NCBI GenBank assembly: GCA_038851075.1
Contig: JAWCLG010000005.1
Span: forward strand, 2,308-66,307
Direction: 5' to 3'
Length of the DNA stretch: 64,000 nt
Source of the DNA: Candidatus Hadarchaeales archaeon
GTDB taxonomy: Archaea > Hadarchaeota > Hadarchaeia > Hadarchaeales > Hadarchaeaceae
Positions within the stretch are counted from its first letter, which is position 1. Each line of letters begins with the position of its first letter. The notes under the pieces were generated by a model, which worked only from the letters and a program-made list of their open reading frames with translations, searched no databases and was not told where the DNA came from. Below, piece by piece: positions 9,249 through 19,142 of the stretch. The translations under genes and the position numbers were made by a program.

Positions 9249-10009
9249 TGAACTCAACCCTCGTCAGGATGTTAAGTGAGCCGGTCGTGACCAACCCGAT
9301 ACTCATCGAGGGACTGCCTGGAATGGGGTTCGTCGGAAAGCTGGCCGCGGATCACCTGATTGAGATATTCAAACCGCAAAAGTTCGCAGAGATACTTTCA
9401 CCGCACTTTCCTCATCACGTTCTTGTGGACGAGCAGGGAATACTCAGGCCGATGCTGAACTCCATGTACCACACGAGGGTTGGCGAAAAGGACCTGATAA
9501 TCTGGACCGGGGACACACAGTCGGTGACCACCGAGGGCCACTATGAGGTCGTGGAGCGCGTTCTCGACGTTGCGGAGAAGCTTGGGGTGAAGACCATATT
9601 GACGCTGGGCGGCTACGCCACCGGAAAGTATGTCGAGGGCACTCCTAAGGTGATGGGAGTGGGAGACCTCAGGGTGATAGAGGACCTTAGGAAAAAGGGG
9701 ATCCAGGTTGAGGTGGCCGGTGGTCCGATCGTGGGCGCCGCCGGACTGGTTCTCGGGCTCGGTAGCTTCAGGGGCATGAGCGGGCTCTGCCTGCTGAGCG
9801 AGACACACGGGATACTGATTGACCACAGAGCCGCGCAGGCGGTTCTCGAGGTCCTCGGAGCTATACTCGGCCTGAAGCTGGACCTCACGAATCTCGAGGA
9901 AAAGGCGAGAAAGACTGAGGAGGCGATCGCGCGCCTGCGCAGGGAGATGGAGGCGCGGGAGATGAGGAGCAGAATGCGCGAGGAAGAGGAGTCCTGGTAC
10001 ATAGGATAA
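9245..10009 (+). CDS. Proteasome assembly chaperone (PAC2 family)
   Basis: LIEGLPGMGFVGKLAADHL, TLGGY, GPIVGAAGL and CLLSETHG motifs; C-terminal YIG. Confidence 0.93.
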   Translation: MMNSTLVRMLSEPVVTNPILIEGLPGMGFVGKLAADHLIEIFKPQKFAEILSPHFPHHVLVDEQGILRPMLNSMYHTRVGEKDLIIWTGDTQSVTTEGHYEVVERVLDVAEKLGVKTILTLGGYATGKYVEGTPKVMGVGDLRVIEDLRKKGIQVEVAGGPIVGAAGLVLGLGSFRGMSGLCLLSETHGILIDHRAAQAVLEVLGAILGLKLDLTNLEEKARKTEEAIARLRREMEAREMRSRMREEEESWYIG

Positions 10010-10052
10010 TGGGCTAGGGAGGAGTTGAAAGAGCTCAATTTTTCCGCTGGAT

Positions 10053-11297
10053 GTGGTGACGTTGAGAATATTTGACGCTGACTTTCACCTCCACTCAAAG
10101 TACAGCGGAGCAACATCGAGCAGGATGGATATTGACACGATAGCCCAGCAGGCCAGGCTGAAGGGGCTGAGCATAGTCGGAACCGGTGACATCTTTCACC
10201 CGAAATGGTTCGACAGCGTGAGGTCAGAGCTCGAGGAGGTCGCCGAGGGAACTTTTGAGCACAGGGTTTATGGGACGAGGTTCATCCTGACGGTCGAGGT
10301 TGAGGACGCGAACAGGGTGCACCACCTCCTTTTCTTTCCATCGATAACAGCCGTGGAGGATCTGAGAAACGTGTTTTCCGGCAAGTCGTCTGACATCGAC
10401 ACTGACGGGAGGGCCAGGGTGAACATGAGCGCGGTTGAGATAGCAGAGGCCGCATCAGATCACGATTGCATGATCGGACCATCGCATGCGTTCACTCCCT
10501 GGACCAGCATGTACAAGGAGTTCAACAGCCTCGGAGAATGCTACGGGGACAGGGCGGGAGACGTAAAGTTTCTTGAGCTCGGCCTCAGCGCGGACACCGA
10601 CATGGCTGACAGGATAGGTGAGCTTCAGGATATCACCTTCATCAGCTGTTCGGATGCCCACAGCCCCTGGCCCGACAAGCTGGGCAGGGAGTTCAACCGG
10701 CTAGAGCTGGAGGAGCCCACTTACCGGGAGGTAGTGATGGCGATAAGCAGGAAAAACGGGAGACGCATAGCGATGAACGTTGGGTTTGACCCAAGGCTCG
10801 GCAAGTACCACATATCCGCCTGTTCGAGGTGCTTCCATCAGTATGAGCTGAAAAGGGCGATCGAGCTTAACTGGAGGTGTGAGAAGTGCAGGGGATGGAT
10901 AAAGAAGGGAGTGTGGGACAGGGTCAACGAACTCGCCACATATCCCGAGCCGAGACATCCGGAGCACAGACCGGCGTACCTCAGGATCGCCCCCCTGGCG
11001 GAGGTCATATCTCTGGCGCTCGGGACGCAGGACCTTCACTCACCCGCAGTTGAATCGGTGTGGAAGAAGCTGGTTGAGAGATTCGGCAGCGAGATAGGGG
11101 CCTTGGTTGACGCTCCGGTCGACGAGATCGAAAGGATAGCGGATGTAAGGGTCACCGCTATGGTTAAAGCCTTCAGAGAAAACGGATTAAGAGTTGTTCC
11201 AGGTGGAGGAGGAAGGTATGGTCATCTTGAGGTCCCTGAGGAGCTGGTCGGCATCCTGCAGCCAAGGAGCCAGAGAAAGCTCACGGAGTTTGAGTGA
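10053..11297 (+). CDS. TIGR00375 PHP-domain nuclease (endonuclease Q family)
   Basis: DFHLHSKYS, GTGD, GPSHAFTPW, ELGLSAD, SDAHS...KLGREFN, LGKYH..ACSRC...CEKC and GGGGRYG motifs. Confidence 0.92.
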   Translation: MVTLRIFDADFHLHSKYSGATSSRMDIDTIAQQARLKGLSIVGTGDIFHPKWFDSVRSELEEVAEGTFEHRVYGTRFILTVEVEDANRVHHLLFFPSITAVEDLRNVFSGKSSDIDTDGRARVNMSAVEIAEAASDHDCMIGPSHAFTPWTSMYKEFNSLGECYGDRAGDVKFLELGLSADTDMADRIGELQDITFISCSDAHSPWPDKLGREFNRLELEEPTYREVVMAISRKNGRRIAMNVGFDPRLGKYHISACSRCFHQYELKRAIELNWRCEKCRGWIKKGVWDRVNELATYPEPRHPEHRPAYLRIAPLAEVISLALGTQDLHSPAVESVWKKLVERFGSEIGALVDAPVDEIERIADVRVTAMVKAFRENGLRVVPGGGGRYGHLEVPEELVGILQPRSQRKLTEFE

Positions 11298-11471
11298 ATG
11301 AAGGTCGATTCAGATGTCTGCATGAGGTGCGGCGCCTGCGCGGGCGTTTGTCCATTCGACGCGATTGATGCCACCGATGGTTATGTCAGGGCAAACGAGC
11401 GCTGCACGGAGTGCGGGCTGTGCGGAAAGATATGTCCTGTGGGGGCGATCACGGTTGGAAAAAGAGTATGA
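11298..11471 (+). CDS. 2x[4Fe-4S] ferredoxin (57 aa, below the ORF-track cutoff)
   Basis: Manual translation MKVDSDVCMRCGACAGVCPFDAIDATDGYVRANERCTECGLCGKICPVGAITVGKRV gives two CxxCxxCxxxCP motifs. Confidence 0.95.
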   Translation: MKVDSDVCMRCGACAGVCPFDAIDATDGYVRANERCTECGLCGKICPVGAITVGKRV

Positions 11472-12642
11472 CGTCATAGTGGTCGGAGCGGGTCCCGCGG
11501 GTTCAACGGCCGCCTGCTCGGCTGCGATGGGGGGAGCAAGCGTGCTCATGATAGACAGGAGAAGGGAGCTCGGAGTTCCGGTCCAGTGCGGTGAGGCCCT
11601 GGCGGAAGACGCGCTCAACGAGCTGAAGATCAAGCCGGATCCCAGATGGGCGGTGTGCAGAACAAACGCCGTTAAGATAGTCTCGCCTTCGGGCATAGAG
11701 GTCAACGTGGCTGAAAGGAGCATCGCCGGCAAGGTCGGCTACATCCTGGACAGAAAGGTGTTCGACAAGTTTCTCGCGATGAGGGCGGCCAGGGAGGGAG
11801 CCGAGATTCTCGTGAACACGTACGTGGACGGTCCTGTCATGGAGGACGGGAGAATGGTTGGAGTCAGGACAACCGGGCCGTGGGGAAGAAACGAGTTCAG
11901 GGGCAGGATTATAATCGCGGCTGATGGCGTCGGCTCAAGGGTCGCTAGATGGGCCGGCATCAGGACCGCCCTTAAGCTCGACGATATAGAGTCCGGGATA
12001 CAGTTCCAGATGGTCGGAGTTGAGATCAAGGACACATCAGTCATGGAGTTTTACTTTGGCAGCAAAGTTGCTCCGGGAGGTTACGCATGGGTTTTTGCGA
12101 AGGGCGAGGACACAGCGAACGTCGGGCTCGGCGTTCTGGGGAGCAGGGCCGATCGCAGACCAATTGAGTATCTCAAGGACTTCGTGAAAAAGATGCCGCA
12201 CGTGAGCTGCGGGAAGGTGGTGGAGATCAACGCCGGAGGAGTTCCGGTGAGCGGCCCGATCAAGCAGACGGTGAGGGATAACCTTCTGGTTGTCGGAGAC
12301 GCGGCGAGGCAGGTGAATCCGCTGACCGGAGGAGGAATAGACTCAGCGATGCGTGCGGGAACGATAGCCGGAGAGGTCGCGGCAAAGGCAGTCAAGGAGA
12401 AGGACTGCTCCGAGAAAAGACTGATGGAATACGAGAGGAGATGGAGAGAGGCGATCGGGAAGAGACTGGAAAAGTATCTAAAGGGAAAGGAGGTTCTGCT
12501 CAGGCTCTCAGATAAGGAGCTGGATCAGCTGGCCAAGACGCTGAGTTCGGTGCGGTTCGACAGGATAAGCCTCACCGACATGCTCAAGGTGATATCGCGA
12601 GCCCATCCGAAGCTGCTCTGGAAGCTTAAAGGGTTGTTCTGA
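11455..12642 (+). CDS. Digeranylgeranylglycerophospholipid reductase (GGR)
   Basis: YDVIVVGAGPAGS FAD motif, PVQCGEA, AADGVGS, PGGYAWVF and GDAARQVNPLTGGGI. TTG start at 11455 overlaps the ferredoxin gene. Confidence 0.93.
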   Translation: MEKEYDVIVVGAGPAGSTAACSAAMGGASVLMIDRRRELGVPVQCGEALAEDALNELKIKPDPRWAVCRTNAVKIVSPSGIEVNVAERSIAGKVGYILDRKVFDKFLAMRAAREGAEILVNTYVDGPVMEDGRMVGVRTTGPWGRNEFRGRIIIAADGVGSRVARWAGIRTALKLDDIESGIQFQMVGVEIKDTSVMEFYFGSKVAPGGYAWVFAKGEDTANVGLGVLGSRADRRPIEYLKDFVKKMPHVSCGKVVEINAGGVPVSGPIKQTVRDNLLVVGDAARQVNPLTGGGIDSAMRAGTIAGEVAAKAVKEKDCSEKRLMEYERRWREAIGKRLEKYLKGKEVLLRLSDKELDQLAKTLSSVRFDRISLTDMLKVISRAHPKLLWKLKGLF

Positions 12643-12679
12643 CCCGGAGGCGGTCGGGGAGAGGGGGTGCGGTGATGGG

Positions 12680-13192
12680 ATGCGGAGGTCAGGTCACATC
12701 GGAGGCGCGCTTGTGTTTTCTACTGCGGTATCGGTCCAGCTCGGGCTCCCGCAGATATATGCGTTGCTTCTCTGCATCTTATCTGCATCCGTGGCAATGA
12801 TCCCGGATGAGGACATCAGGCTTCACTCCCACCGCGGTTTCACGCACTCGGTGGCATTCCTGATCCTGGTCTCTGTGTCGTCCGGTATGGCCTCATGCGC
12901 TTTGTGGGCGGTTCTCCCCCAGCAGCTCGGCCTCACTGAGATGCCGGATTTCCTCGGGGGCATAACTTACCCTCAGGTGTTTCTTGCCGGTTCGATTCCG
13001 GTTGCGCTTGGGATCGGGTCGCATATTTTCTTTGACCTGATGACGAGTGGCGGGGTTGCTCTCATGTGGCCCCGCGGGAAGAAGTACTCAATGGGGTTCT
13101 TCAGCGCTTCAAACCCTCTTGCCAACTACGGGCTGGCGGCGCTGGGATTTTTCCTGTTCGCGTTTTTCATCCTCGGGGCCCCTAGGGTGTGA
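12680..13192 (+). CDS. Membrane-bound metal-dependent hydrolase (YdjM/DUF457-like)
   Basis: GH...PDED....HRGFTHS...SHIFFDLMT..GV motifs within hydrophobic helices. Confidence 0.85.
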   Translation: MRRSGHIGGALVFSTAVSVQLGLPQIYALLLCILSASVAMIPDEDIRLHSHRGFTHSVAFLILVSVSSGMASCALWAVLPQQLGLTEMPDFLGGITYPQVFLAGSIPVALGIGSHIFFDLMTSGGVALMWPRGKKYSMGFFSASNPLANYGLAALGFFLFAFFILGAPRV

Positions 13193-14489
13193 GCCTGTTT
13201 CTGTCCCTCGGAAAGAGCACGCATTCTCTGACGTTTGAGTTACCTGTGAGGATCATTGTAAGCCGATCAAGTCCCAGACCCCATCCCGCGTGCGGCGGGA
13301 GCGCGCCGTATCTGTAGTTCATCAGATGTGATTCAAAGCTCTCCGGATTCAGTCCTTTTTCCCTGAGTCGCTTTTCCAGCATCTCCGCCCTGTGGATGCG
13401 AGTCCCCCCGGATGAGAGCTCCAGATCCCCATACATGAGATCAAAGGATTCGGAGAGTTCCGGGTTTTTACCGTGCGGCATGGTGTAGAAGGGCTTTATG
13501 GCGAGCGGCCAGTCGGTTATGAAGTACGGCCCGCTGAGCATCTCGCCTAGCTTTTTCTCAGCAGGTGTGGGAAGGTCTTCTCCCCATGGGACCTTTATCC
13601 CGGCGCCTTCAAGGATGCTGAGCACCTCGTCGTACGTTATTCTCCTGAAAGGCCTGGCGGGGACCTCTAGCTCGTGTTTCAGTATCTCGAGTTCCCCGGC
13701 GCACCTCTCCGCTACCCTCTCAAACACATTTGAGATTACGTCCTCCAGCACCTTCATCACGTCATCCGCTGTTGCATACGCTGCCTCTATGTCCACAGAT
13801 GTTGCCTCGTTGAGATGTCTGGGAGTGTCGTGCTCCTCGGCCCTGAATATCGGGCCGACCTCGAACACCCTGTCAAAGCATCCGGTCAGTACCTCTTTGT
13901 AGAGTTGCGGGCTCTGACTCAGGAAAGCCTCCCTCTCGAAGTACGCGACAGGAAAGAGCGCGGCCCCGCTTTCGGTCGCGGTTGCCACTATCTTCGGGGT
14001 CTGGACCTCGATGAAGCCTTTTGATACCAGGCACTCCCTCACGGCCTGCAGCGCCTCGTGCCGTATTCTGAAGATCGCCAGGCACTCTGGTCTCCGGAGG
14101 TCAAGCCCCCTCGCGTCCAATCTTGTGTCAAGATTTGCCTTCACCCTGCCCAGCGGGTCAAGCGGAAGCGGTACGGATGCGAGGTTCAGGACCCTTATCT
14201 CTGAGGGCACGACCTCAACCCCGCGCGGTGCCTGCGGTGCGGGTGTTACCCTTCCCCTCACCGCGACCGATGACTCCTGGGTCAGCGAGTCGATTCGTGA
14301 CAGGATTCCGGGATCAACCTTAACCTTCGGAGCTGTGACCTGCACCGACCCTGACACGTCGAAAAGCGTGAAGAACTTTATTCCGCCGAGGTCCCTGACG
14401 TCACCGACCCTTCCCATCAATACGACCTCGGCTCCGGAGAGCTCCTTTTTTATCTGGGAACACATGTGCGTTCTTCTCAGTTCTCCCAT
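13182..14489 (-). CDS. aspS: Aspartyl-tRNA synthetase, probably non-discriminating (Asp/Asn)
   Basis: RTHMCS, DLGGIKF, FLSQSPQLYK, FRAEEH and PPHAGWGLGLDR motifs. Pro in the anticodon-domain loop (QAPRG) and GatCAB in the window both fit a non-discriminating enzyme. Confidence 0.96.
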   Translation of the reverse strand: MGELRRTHMCSQIKKELSGAEVVLMGRVGDVRDLGGIKFFTLFDVSGSVQVTAPKVKVDPGILSRIDSLTQESSVAVRGRVTPAPQAPRGVEVVPSEIRVLNLASVPLPLDPLGRVKANLDTRLDARGLDLRRPECLAIFRIRHEALQAVRECLVSKGFIEVQTPKIVATATESGAALFPVAYFEREAFLSQSPQLYKEVLTGCFDRVFEVGPIFRAEEHDTPRHLNEATSVDIEAAYATADDVMKVLEDVISNVFERVAERCAGELEILKHELEVPARPFRRITYDEVLSILEGAGIKVPWGEDLPTPAEKKLGEMLSGPYFITDWPLAIKPFYTMPHGKNPELSESFDLMYGDLELSSGGTRIHRAEMLEKRLREKGLNPESFESHLMNYRYGALPPHAGWGLGLDRLTMILTGNSNVRECVLFPRDRNRLTP

Positions 14490-14614
14490 CTCGTCCAAGC
14501 GTCGTCCCCCGCTCAACTAGAACCCCTTTTGTTATAAAACATTCCAGCAAACCTTAAAATGTCGGTCAAAGTTCAGAATAAAAAAATAAAAAAAAGGCGC
14601 GTTGAACCCTGATT

Positions 14615-14905
14615 TCACTTCGCCAGCGTTATCTCTATTGTGGATACGTTCACCGCGCCGCTTTCGCCCTGGACCTCTTCGGTCCCGATCGCAATGTTTT
14701 TGACCTGCAGCCCCTGCAGGAACCGGTTCCTGACTATCTCTGCGACATCCACTGCCCTGCTGATTGCCTTACCACGTGCCTTCAGGGTGACAGTTCCGAC
14801 ACCCTCGTTGAACTGCGTAATCGCTGCCAGAACGTAGTTCATCACTGGTTTGTTTCCGATGAAAACCACGTTGTTGGCGCTTTTCTCGGTTTTTGCTTCA
14901 GCCAT
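14615..14905 (-). CDS. albA: DNA/RNA-binding protein Alba
   Basis: [14 protein letters not shown]...[16 protein letters not shown]...VSTIEITL. True ATG is at 14905, after a GGAGG site; the 281-aa ORF is an upstream extension. Confidence 0.98.
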   Translation of the reverse strand: MAEAKTEKSANNVVFIGNKPVMNYVLAAITQFNEGVGTVTLKARGKAISRAVDVAEIVRNRFLQGLQVKNIAIGTEEVQGESGAVNVSTIEITLAK

Positions 14906-15026
14906 TTCATGCCCTCCTTTTTGTTTTTGTTGGTCGGTTTTTCTCGGTTTTGAGCCAATAAATACCTTCCGGTCGGTCCAGTTAGGATAAAGAGGTGCGC
15001 CGTCGATTTCGGCTTCGAGGTGCCGA

Positions 15027-15575
15027 ATGCCGGTTAAGAACTTTCTGGTGACCGGAGCTCCTGGAAGCGGGAAGAGCACGGTGATCGCCCGTGCGGTAGA
15101 AATCCTTCGCCTCAAGGGGATGAAGGCCGCAGGCATAGTCTGCCCGGAGATAAGGGATGGTGCGGTGAGGGTCGGTTTCAGAATGGTGAACATCTCAACC
15201 GGCGAATCAGCGGTGCTTGCCCACATCGGGATCAGGGACGGGCCTTCGGTCGGCAGATACGGCGTAAACCTGGCCGGGATCGATCTGATGAGCAGGACCG
15301 CGATAGAGGAGATGCTTCCCGGCTCGGACTTCGTTGTCATAGATGAGATAGGTCCGATGGAGATAGCCAGCGAGAGGTTTAGAAAAGCCGTGCTTGCCGC
15401 GCTGGATTCCGGCAAACCAGTGATCGCCGCGGTCCACATGATGACGAAGGGCGGGTTCATAGGAAGCGTGAAATCAAGGAGCGATGTGAGAATTTTCAGC
15501 GTGAACGCATCAAACAGGGATACGCTCCCGCACGAGATATCCGGGTGTGTCGAGAAGGTTCTTGGGGGGATCTGA
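15027..15575 (+). CDS. Nucleoside-triphosphatase (THEP1 family)
   Basis: [25 protein letters not shown] and VIDEIGPME motifs. Confidence 0.93.
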   Translation: MPVKNFLVTGAPGSGKSTVIARAVEILRLKGMKAAGIVCPEIRDGAVRVGFRMVNISTGESAVLAHIGIRDGPSVGRYGVNLAGIDLMSRTAIEEMLPGSDFVVIDEIGPMEIASERFRKAVLAALDSGKPVIAAVHMMTKGGFIGSVKSRSDVRIFSVNASNRDTLPHEISGCVEKVLGGI

Positions 15576-16732
15576 TGGGTAGAAAGCTTGCTGAGGAGGG
15601 CAGCGTCAGGTTTGAGATACCTGATCCAGAGGAGTACAGGACCGCCTCCGGGGACTACGCCCCCTCTCTCTCAGAGGTGTTCTACAACCCGCGGATGGAG
15701 TTCTGCAGGGACATATCTGTCTCTGTCGCTCAGACTCTGGCCGACGAGCTCGGTGAGCTGAAGATCTGCGATCCTCTAGGAGGTGTTGGAATAAGAGGGA
15801 TTAGATACGCGAAGGAGGTCAGGGGTGCTGTGGATGTTCTGATAAACGACAGGTCTCCTGCAGCGCACGAGCTCGCGTCCAAGAATATTCAGCTCAACTC
15901 TCCAGACATTCCCGTGTCCGCTGAAAATGAGGATGCTAACATAGTGATGTTGAGAAACCGTGGAAGGTTTAACTTCATAGACATCGACCCCTTCGGCTCC
16001 CCGGCCAGATTCGTTGAGGCAGCGTGCGCTTCGATCTCCAGGAAAGGAATGATCGCGCTGACCGCCACCGACACTGGTCCGCTGTGCGGCTCATATCCGC
16101 GCGCCTGCCTGAGGAGATACGGAGCCAGACCTCTGCGCACCGAATACTGCCACGAGCTGGGCATCAGAATCCTCATCGGCTTCTGCCAGCGCGTGGCCGG
16201 AAAGCATGACCTTGCGCTTGAGCCGGTGCTGGTCCACTCCACCCTCCATTACTTCAGGGTTTATCTTCGTGCGATCAGAAGGAGTTCGCTTGCCGATAAG
16301 ACGGTTGCGGGGCAGGGCTACATCTCGCACTGTTTCCGGTGCGGGGGCAGGAGGGTTCAGCCGGAGGCGTTATCAGGCGAAAGATGCGCGTGCGGTGGAT
16401 CGCTCCATCACTCCGGACCGCTGTGGACAGGAGAACTGTGGAACAGGGAGTTTCTCCAGAAGACCATCTCAGACATATCCTCAAGGAGCTTCAGACAGAG
16501 GGCGGTCGAGGTTGAACTTCTCTCCATCTGTCTTGAGGAATCAGGAGGCCCTCCCACTTTTCACGACGTAAACAGGATCGCGAGCATGGCCGGTTCATCG
16601 CCGCCAAAGATGAGGCGCATTATGGACAGCCTGAGAAATTCCGGCAGGTTCGCGTCCAGAACCCACTTCTCCCCGACCGGAATAAGGACAGACGCGGAGA
16701 TGGACGATCTCTTGGCGCTTTTCAGGGGTTAG
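15575..16732 (+). CDS. trm1: tRNA (guanine(26)-N2)-dimethyltransferase Trm1
   Basis: [39 protein letters not shown] and [13 protein letters not shown] motifs. Confidence 0.97.
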   Translation: MGRKLAEEGSVRFEIPDPEEYRTASGDYAPSLSEVFYNPRMEFCRDISVSVAQTLADELGELKICDPLGGVGIRGIRYAKEVRGAVDVLINDRSPAAHELASKNIQLNSPDIPVSAENEDANIVMLRNRGRFNFIDIDPFGSPARFVEAACASISRKGMIALTATDTGPLCGSYPRACLRRYGARPLRTEYCHELGIRILIGFCQRVAGKHDLALEPVLVHSTLHYFRVYLRAIRRSSLADKTVAGQGYISHCFRCGGRRVQPEALSGERCACGGSLHHSGPLWTGELWNREFLQKTISDISSRSFRQRAVEVELLSICLEESGGPPTFHDVNRIASMAGSSPPKMRRIMDSLRNSGRFASRTHFSPTGIRTDAEMDDLLALFRG

Positions 16733-17354
16733 CGTTTTCCGTCTTGCGCATCCCCATCGCCACAATGTATATCTCAGCACTTCCGGATCTAGACGCTGCG
16801 GGTTTGGATGCCTTAACGAACTCGAACCTTTTTTTCACATCTTTCAGGAACTCGCTGAAAAACTCCCCCTGGAATACCTTCACGATAAAGTTACCGCCCG
16901 GCCTGAGCAGTTCGCCCGCGACGGAAAGCGCGGTTCTCGACAGCTCAACTGACCTCATGTGGTCCACGTCCCATACTCCCGATATCTGAGGGGACATGTC
17001 TGACATAACGAGGTCGGCCTTCTGGGGCAGCCTGTTTCTTATCATCTCAACTGTTGACGGATCGCGCACGTCTCCTTTAATGATCGCAACATTTTTTGTG
17101 GGCGGGAGCCTCACCGGCTGCAGGTCCACGGCCACAACGAGCCCCGAGACCCCAACCCTTTCTGATGCGATCTGGGTCCATCCTCCCGGAGCCGCACCCA
17201 GATCAACAACAACGTCACCGCTCCTGATCAGCCTGTAGCGGTCGTCGAGCTGTTTGAGCTTGAAGGCTGCCCTGCTTTTGAGCCCCAGCTCTTTTGCCAT
17301 GCGATAGTATCCGTCTGCCGTTGCGCCCCTTTTGGCCCTACCCAGATAAATCAC
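16722..17354 (-). CDS. rlmE: 23S rRNA (uridine-2'-O)-methyltransferase RlmE/FtsJ
   Basis: KSRAAFKL, DLGAAPGGW, SDMSP, KVFQG and KPAASRSGSAEIY (K-D-K-E tetrad). Confidence 0.97.
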   Translation of the reverse strand: MIYLGRAKRGATADGYYRMAKELGLKSRAAFKLKQLDDRYRLIRSGDVVVDLGAAPGGWTQIASERVGVSGLVVAVDLQPVRLPPTKNVAIIKGDVRDPSTVEMIRNRLPQKADLVMSDMSPQISGVWDVDHMRSVELSRTALSVAGELLRPGGNFIVKVFQGEFFSEFLKDVKKRFEFVKASKPAASRSGSAEIYIVAMGMRKTENANP

Positions 17355-17760
17355 CTCTGGGCTTCAACCCGGCATCCCTGAAGGCGCCGATAACCGCCGT
17401 TAGAAGGAGATTCCTGTCCTGATGGTAAAACAGGTGGCTGGCACAGCTGCAGTCGCTCGATCCGAAACCTTTCACCCCCTTCAGCCCCTTTGCCAGATTC
17501 CCGGCGACCTCGCACTCCTTTTTTTCTTCGCACTCTGCGGCCACGACATCCACGGCGCGCGCGTGAAGCATCAGGTGGTCTATGTGCCAGTGCAGCTTCT
17601 TCTCAGACTTAAGATGTCTGCTGACCCTTGCCTCCAGTCCTCCGAGGGCGGATCCTATATAGGCGTAGTAACCTGCACCAAAGTCAACTCTGCCCAGCTC
17701 ACCCACGCTGAGAGAAATGTCGTACGGAACGTGCAAGATGATGGCGTAGGTTCCGCGCAT
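17338..17760 (-). CDS. GIY-YIG nuclease family protein (DUF123)
   Basis: GTYAII...GYYAYIGSA...RVSRH...LHWHIDHL...EC...GFGSSDCSCASHL. Confidence 0.9.
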   Translation of the reverse strand: MRGTYAIILHVPYDISLSVGELGRVDFGAGYYAYIGSALGGLEARVSRHLKSEKKLHWHIDHLMLHARAVDVVAAECEEKKECEVAGNLAKGLKGVKGFGSSDCSCASHLFYHQDRNLLLTAVIGAFRDAGLKPRGDLSG

Positions 17761-17769
17761 TTTGCCCTC

Positions 17770-18237
17770 TTACCTCAAGACCTTTTCCTGGGTGGCGCTT
17801 TCTCCTGGTGACTCTTCAACGACCACGGTGATCCTTTTGACATTCCCGTAACCCGATAGTCCTTTCGCCACCTCCTCCGCTATGACCCTCGCCAGCTCCT
17901 CAACTGTGGTGTTTACAGACGGTATCCAAACAACGTCCTCGGATGGAAACTCGAACTCCCTGCCCTGGACTGATATCCTCACGCTCCTGCCCTTCGAGAG
18001 AACTCTGATGGATTTACTTTTGGATGGGAGCAGGACCCTGTGGTCGTAGGCCTCGCACATTGCTTTGAGGATCCTCTTGAGCTCCATAAAGTCGACCACG
18101 AGGCCCCTCTCATCCGGGTCCCCCTCCACGGTGACGCCAACCTTCCAGTTGTGTCCGTGGAGATGTTCGCACTTCTGGTGCCCTATTATGAAGTGGGCTC
18201 CGGAGAAACCGAGCCCCTCGTTCAGGTCTATCCTCAT
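17770..18237 (-). CDS. queD: 6-carboxy-5,6,7,8-tetrahydropterin synthase QueD
   Basis: FSGAHF...CEHLHGHNW...VVDF...DHRVL...TTVE...VEESPG. Confidence 0.9.
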   Translation of the reverse strand: MRIDLNEGLGFSGAHFIIGHQKCEHLHGHNWKVGVTVEGDPDERGLVVDFMELKRILKAMCEAYDHRVLLPSKSKSIRVLSKGRSVRISVQGREFEFPSEDVVWIPSVNTTVEELARVIAEEVAKGLSGYGNVKRITVVVEESPGESATQEKVLR

Positions 18238-19001
18238 CAGCGCACCCCCATCAGCCTGTGCACCTGAGGTATTATTGCTATTTCCCTTATACCCGCGCGC
18301 ACTGCGGTTTCTGAGATCCTGCAGAGCCTCTCGAATGGCGGGGGTTTCACCCTGCCGGTCCCGGTAACTGGCTGAAGGACCAGTGGCACGTTTAGCCTGG
18401 CCAGCCTCGAGAAGACGTTGGCGAGGTCGCGGTCACTGCTGGAGGCCAGCACCACGACCTTGGCGAACACATCCACCGAGCGCCTCGCGGCCATATCTAT
18501 GCATTTCATCTCCTCCTCAAAGATCCTTTTCCATCCTGTTTCAGGGACGGCGCGGTGATCCGGGAGCTTGATGTCGATCGCCGCGATATCTATGTGGGGG
18601 AGCACGATCTCCATGGCGTCGCTCGAGCAACCGTTCGTTTCAAGATAGGTTTTGAGACCGTTACGCCCGCATATCCGCGCAACATCCGCAATAAAATTTG
18701 CCGAGAGCAGGGGCTCGCCTCCGGTGATGGAAACGCTGTGCACGTCTTCGGTCCAGAGCCCTTCCAGATGCTCGAAGACCGACTCGGCTGAGAGCGGGTT
18801 TTTCACGGGCCTGAACCTACCGCTGCCCGGTTTTATCTCGACCATGCAGTTCGCGGGCCTGAAATCCCTGAATCTCCTCGTGTCGCAGTAGACGCAGTTC
18901 CAGATGCATCCGGCCATCCTCAAAAAGAGCTGCCTTACTCCGACGTAGAGCCCCTCTCCCTGTATGGAGCTGAATATCTCTCCGACATATCCATCGGCCA
19001 A
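18237..19001 (-). CDS. queE: 7-carboxy-7-deazaguanine synthase QueE (radical SAM)
   Basis: EIFSSIQGEG...FLRMAGCIWNCVYCDT, SITGGEP, LETNG and PQVH motifs; adjacent to queD (archaeosine precursor pathway). Confidence 0.9.
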   Translation of the reverse strand: MADGYVGEIFSSIQGEGLYVGVRQLFLRMAGCIWNCVYCDTRRFRDFRPANCMVEIKPGSGRFRPVKNPLSAESVFEHLEGLWTEDVHSVSITGGEPLLSANFIADVARICGRNGLKTYLETNGCSSDAMEIVLPHIDIAAIDIKLPDHRAVPETGWKRIFEEEMKCIDMAARRSVDVFAKVVVLASSSDRDLANVFSRLARLNVPLVLQPVTGTGRVKPPPFERLCRISETAVRAGIREIAIIPQVHRLMGVR

Positions 19002-19142
19002 GGCTCTCCCCAGAGATTATTGTTTCCTAAGGGTAAAAACGGGCGCAGTTAAACATGTTCTCGGCCAGCATGGATGATTTTACCGTAAATCTTCGTGATC
19101 AGCCTTTTAAAAAGTTTCAATATTATAGATTATTGTGGGCGG

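Noticed and set aside
14521-14560. ORB-like replication origin box (CCCCTTTTTGTT...TTCCAG)
   Set aside because: It is a poor match to the ORB consensus, occurs once and has no cdc6 nearby. It is better explained as the aspS promoter (minus-strand TTTATAAC).
14906-15460. 281-aa Alba fusion suggested by the ORF track
   Set aside because: The extension is antisense to the NTPase gene, and a GGAGG-preceded ATG at 14905 gives normal-length Alba.
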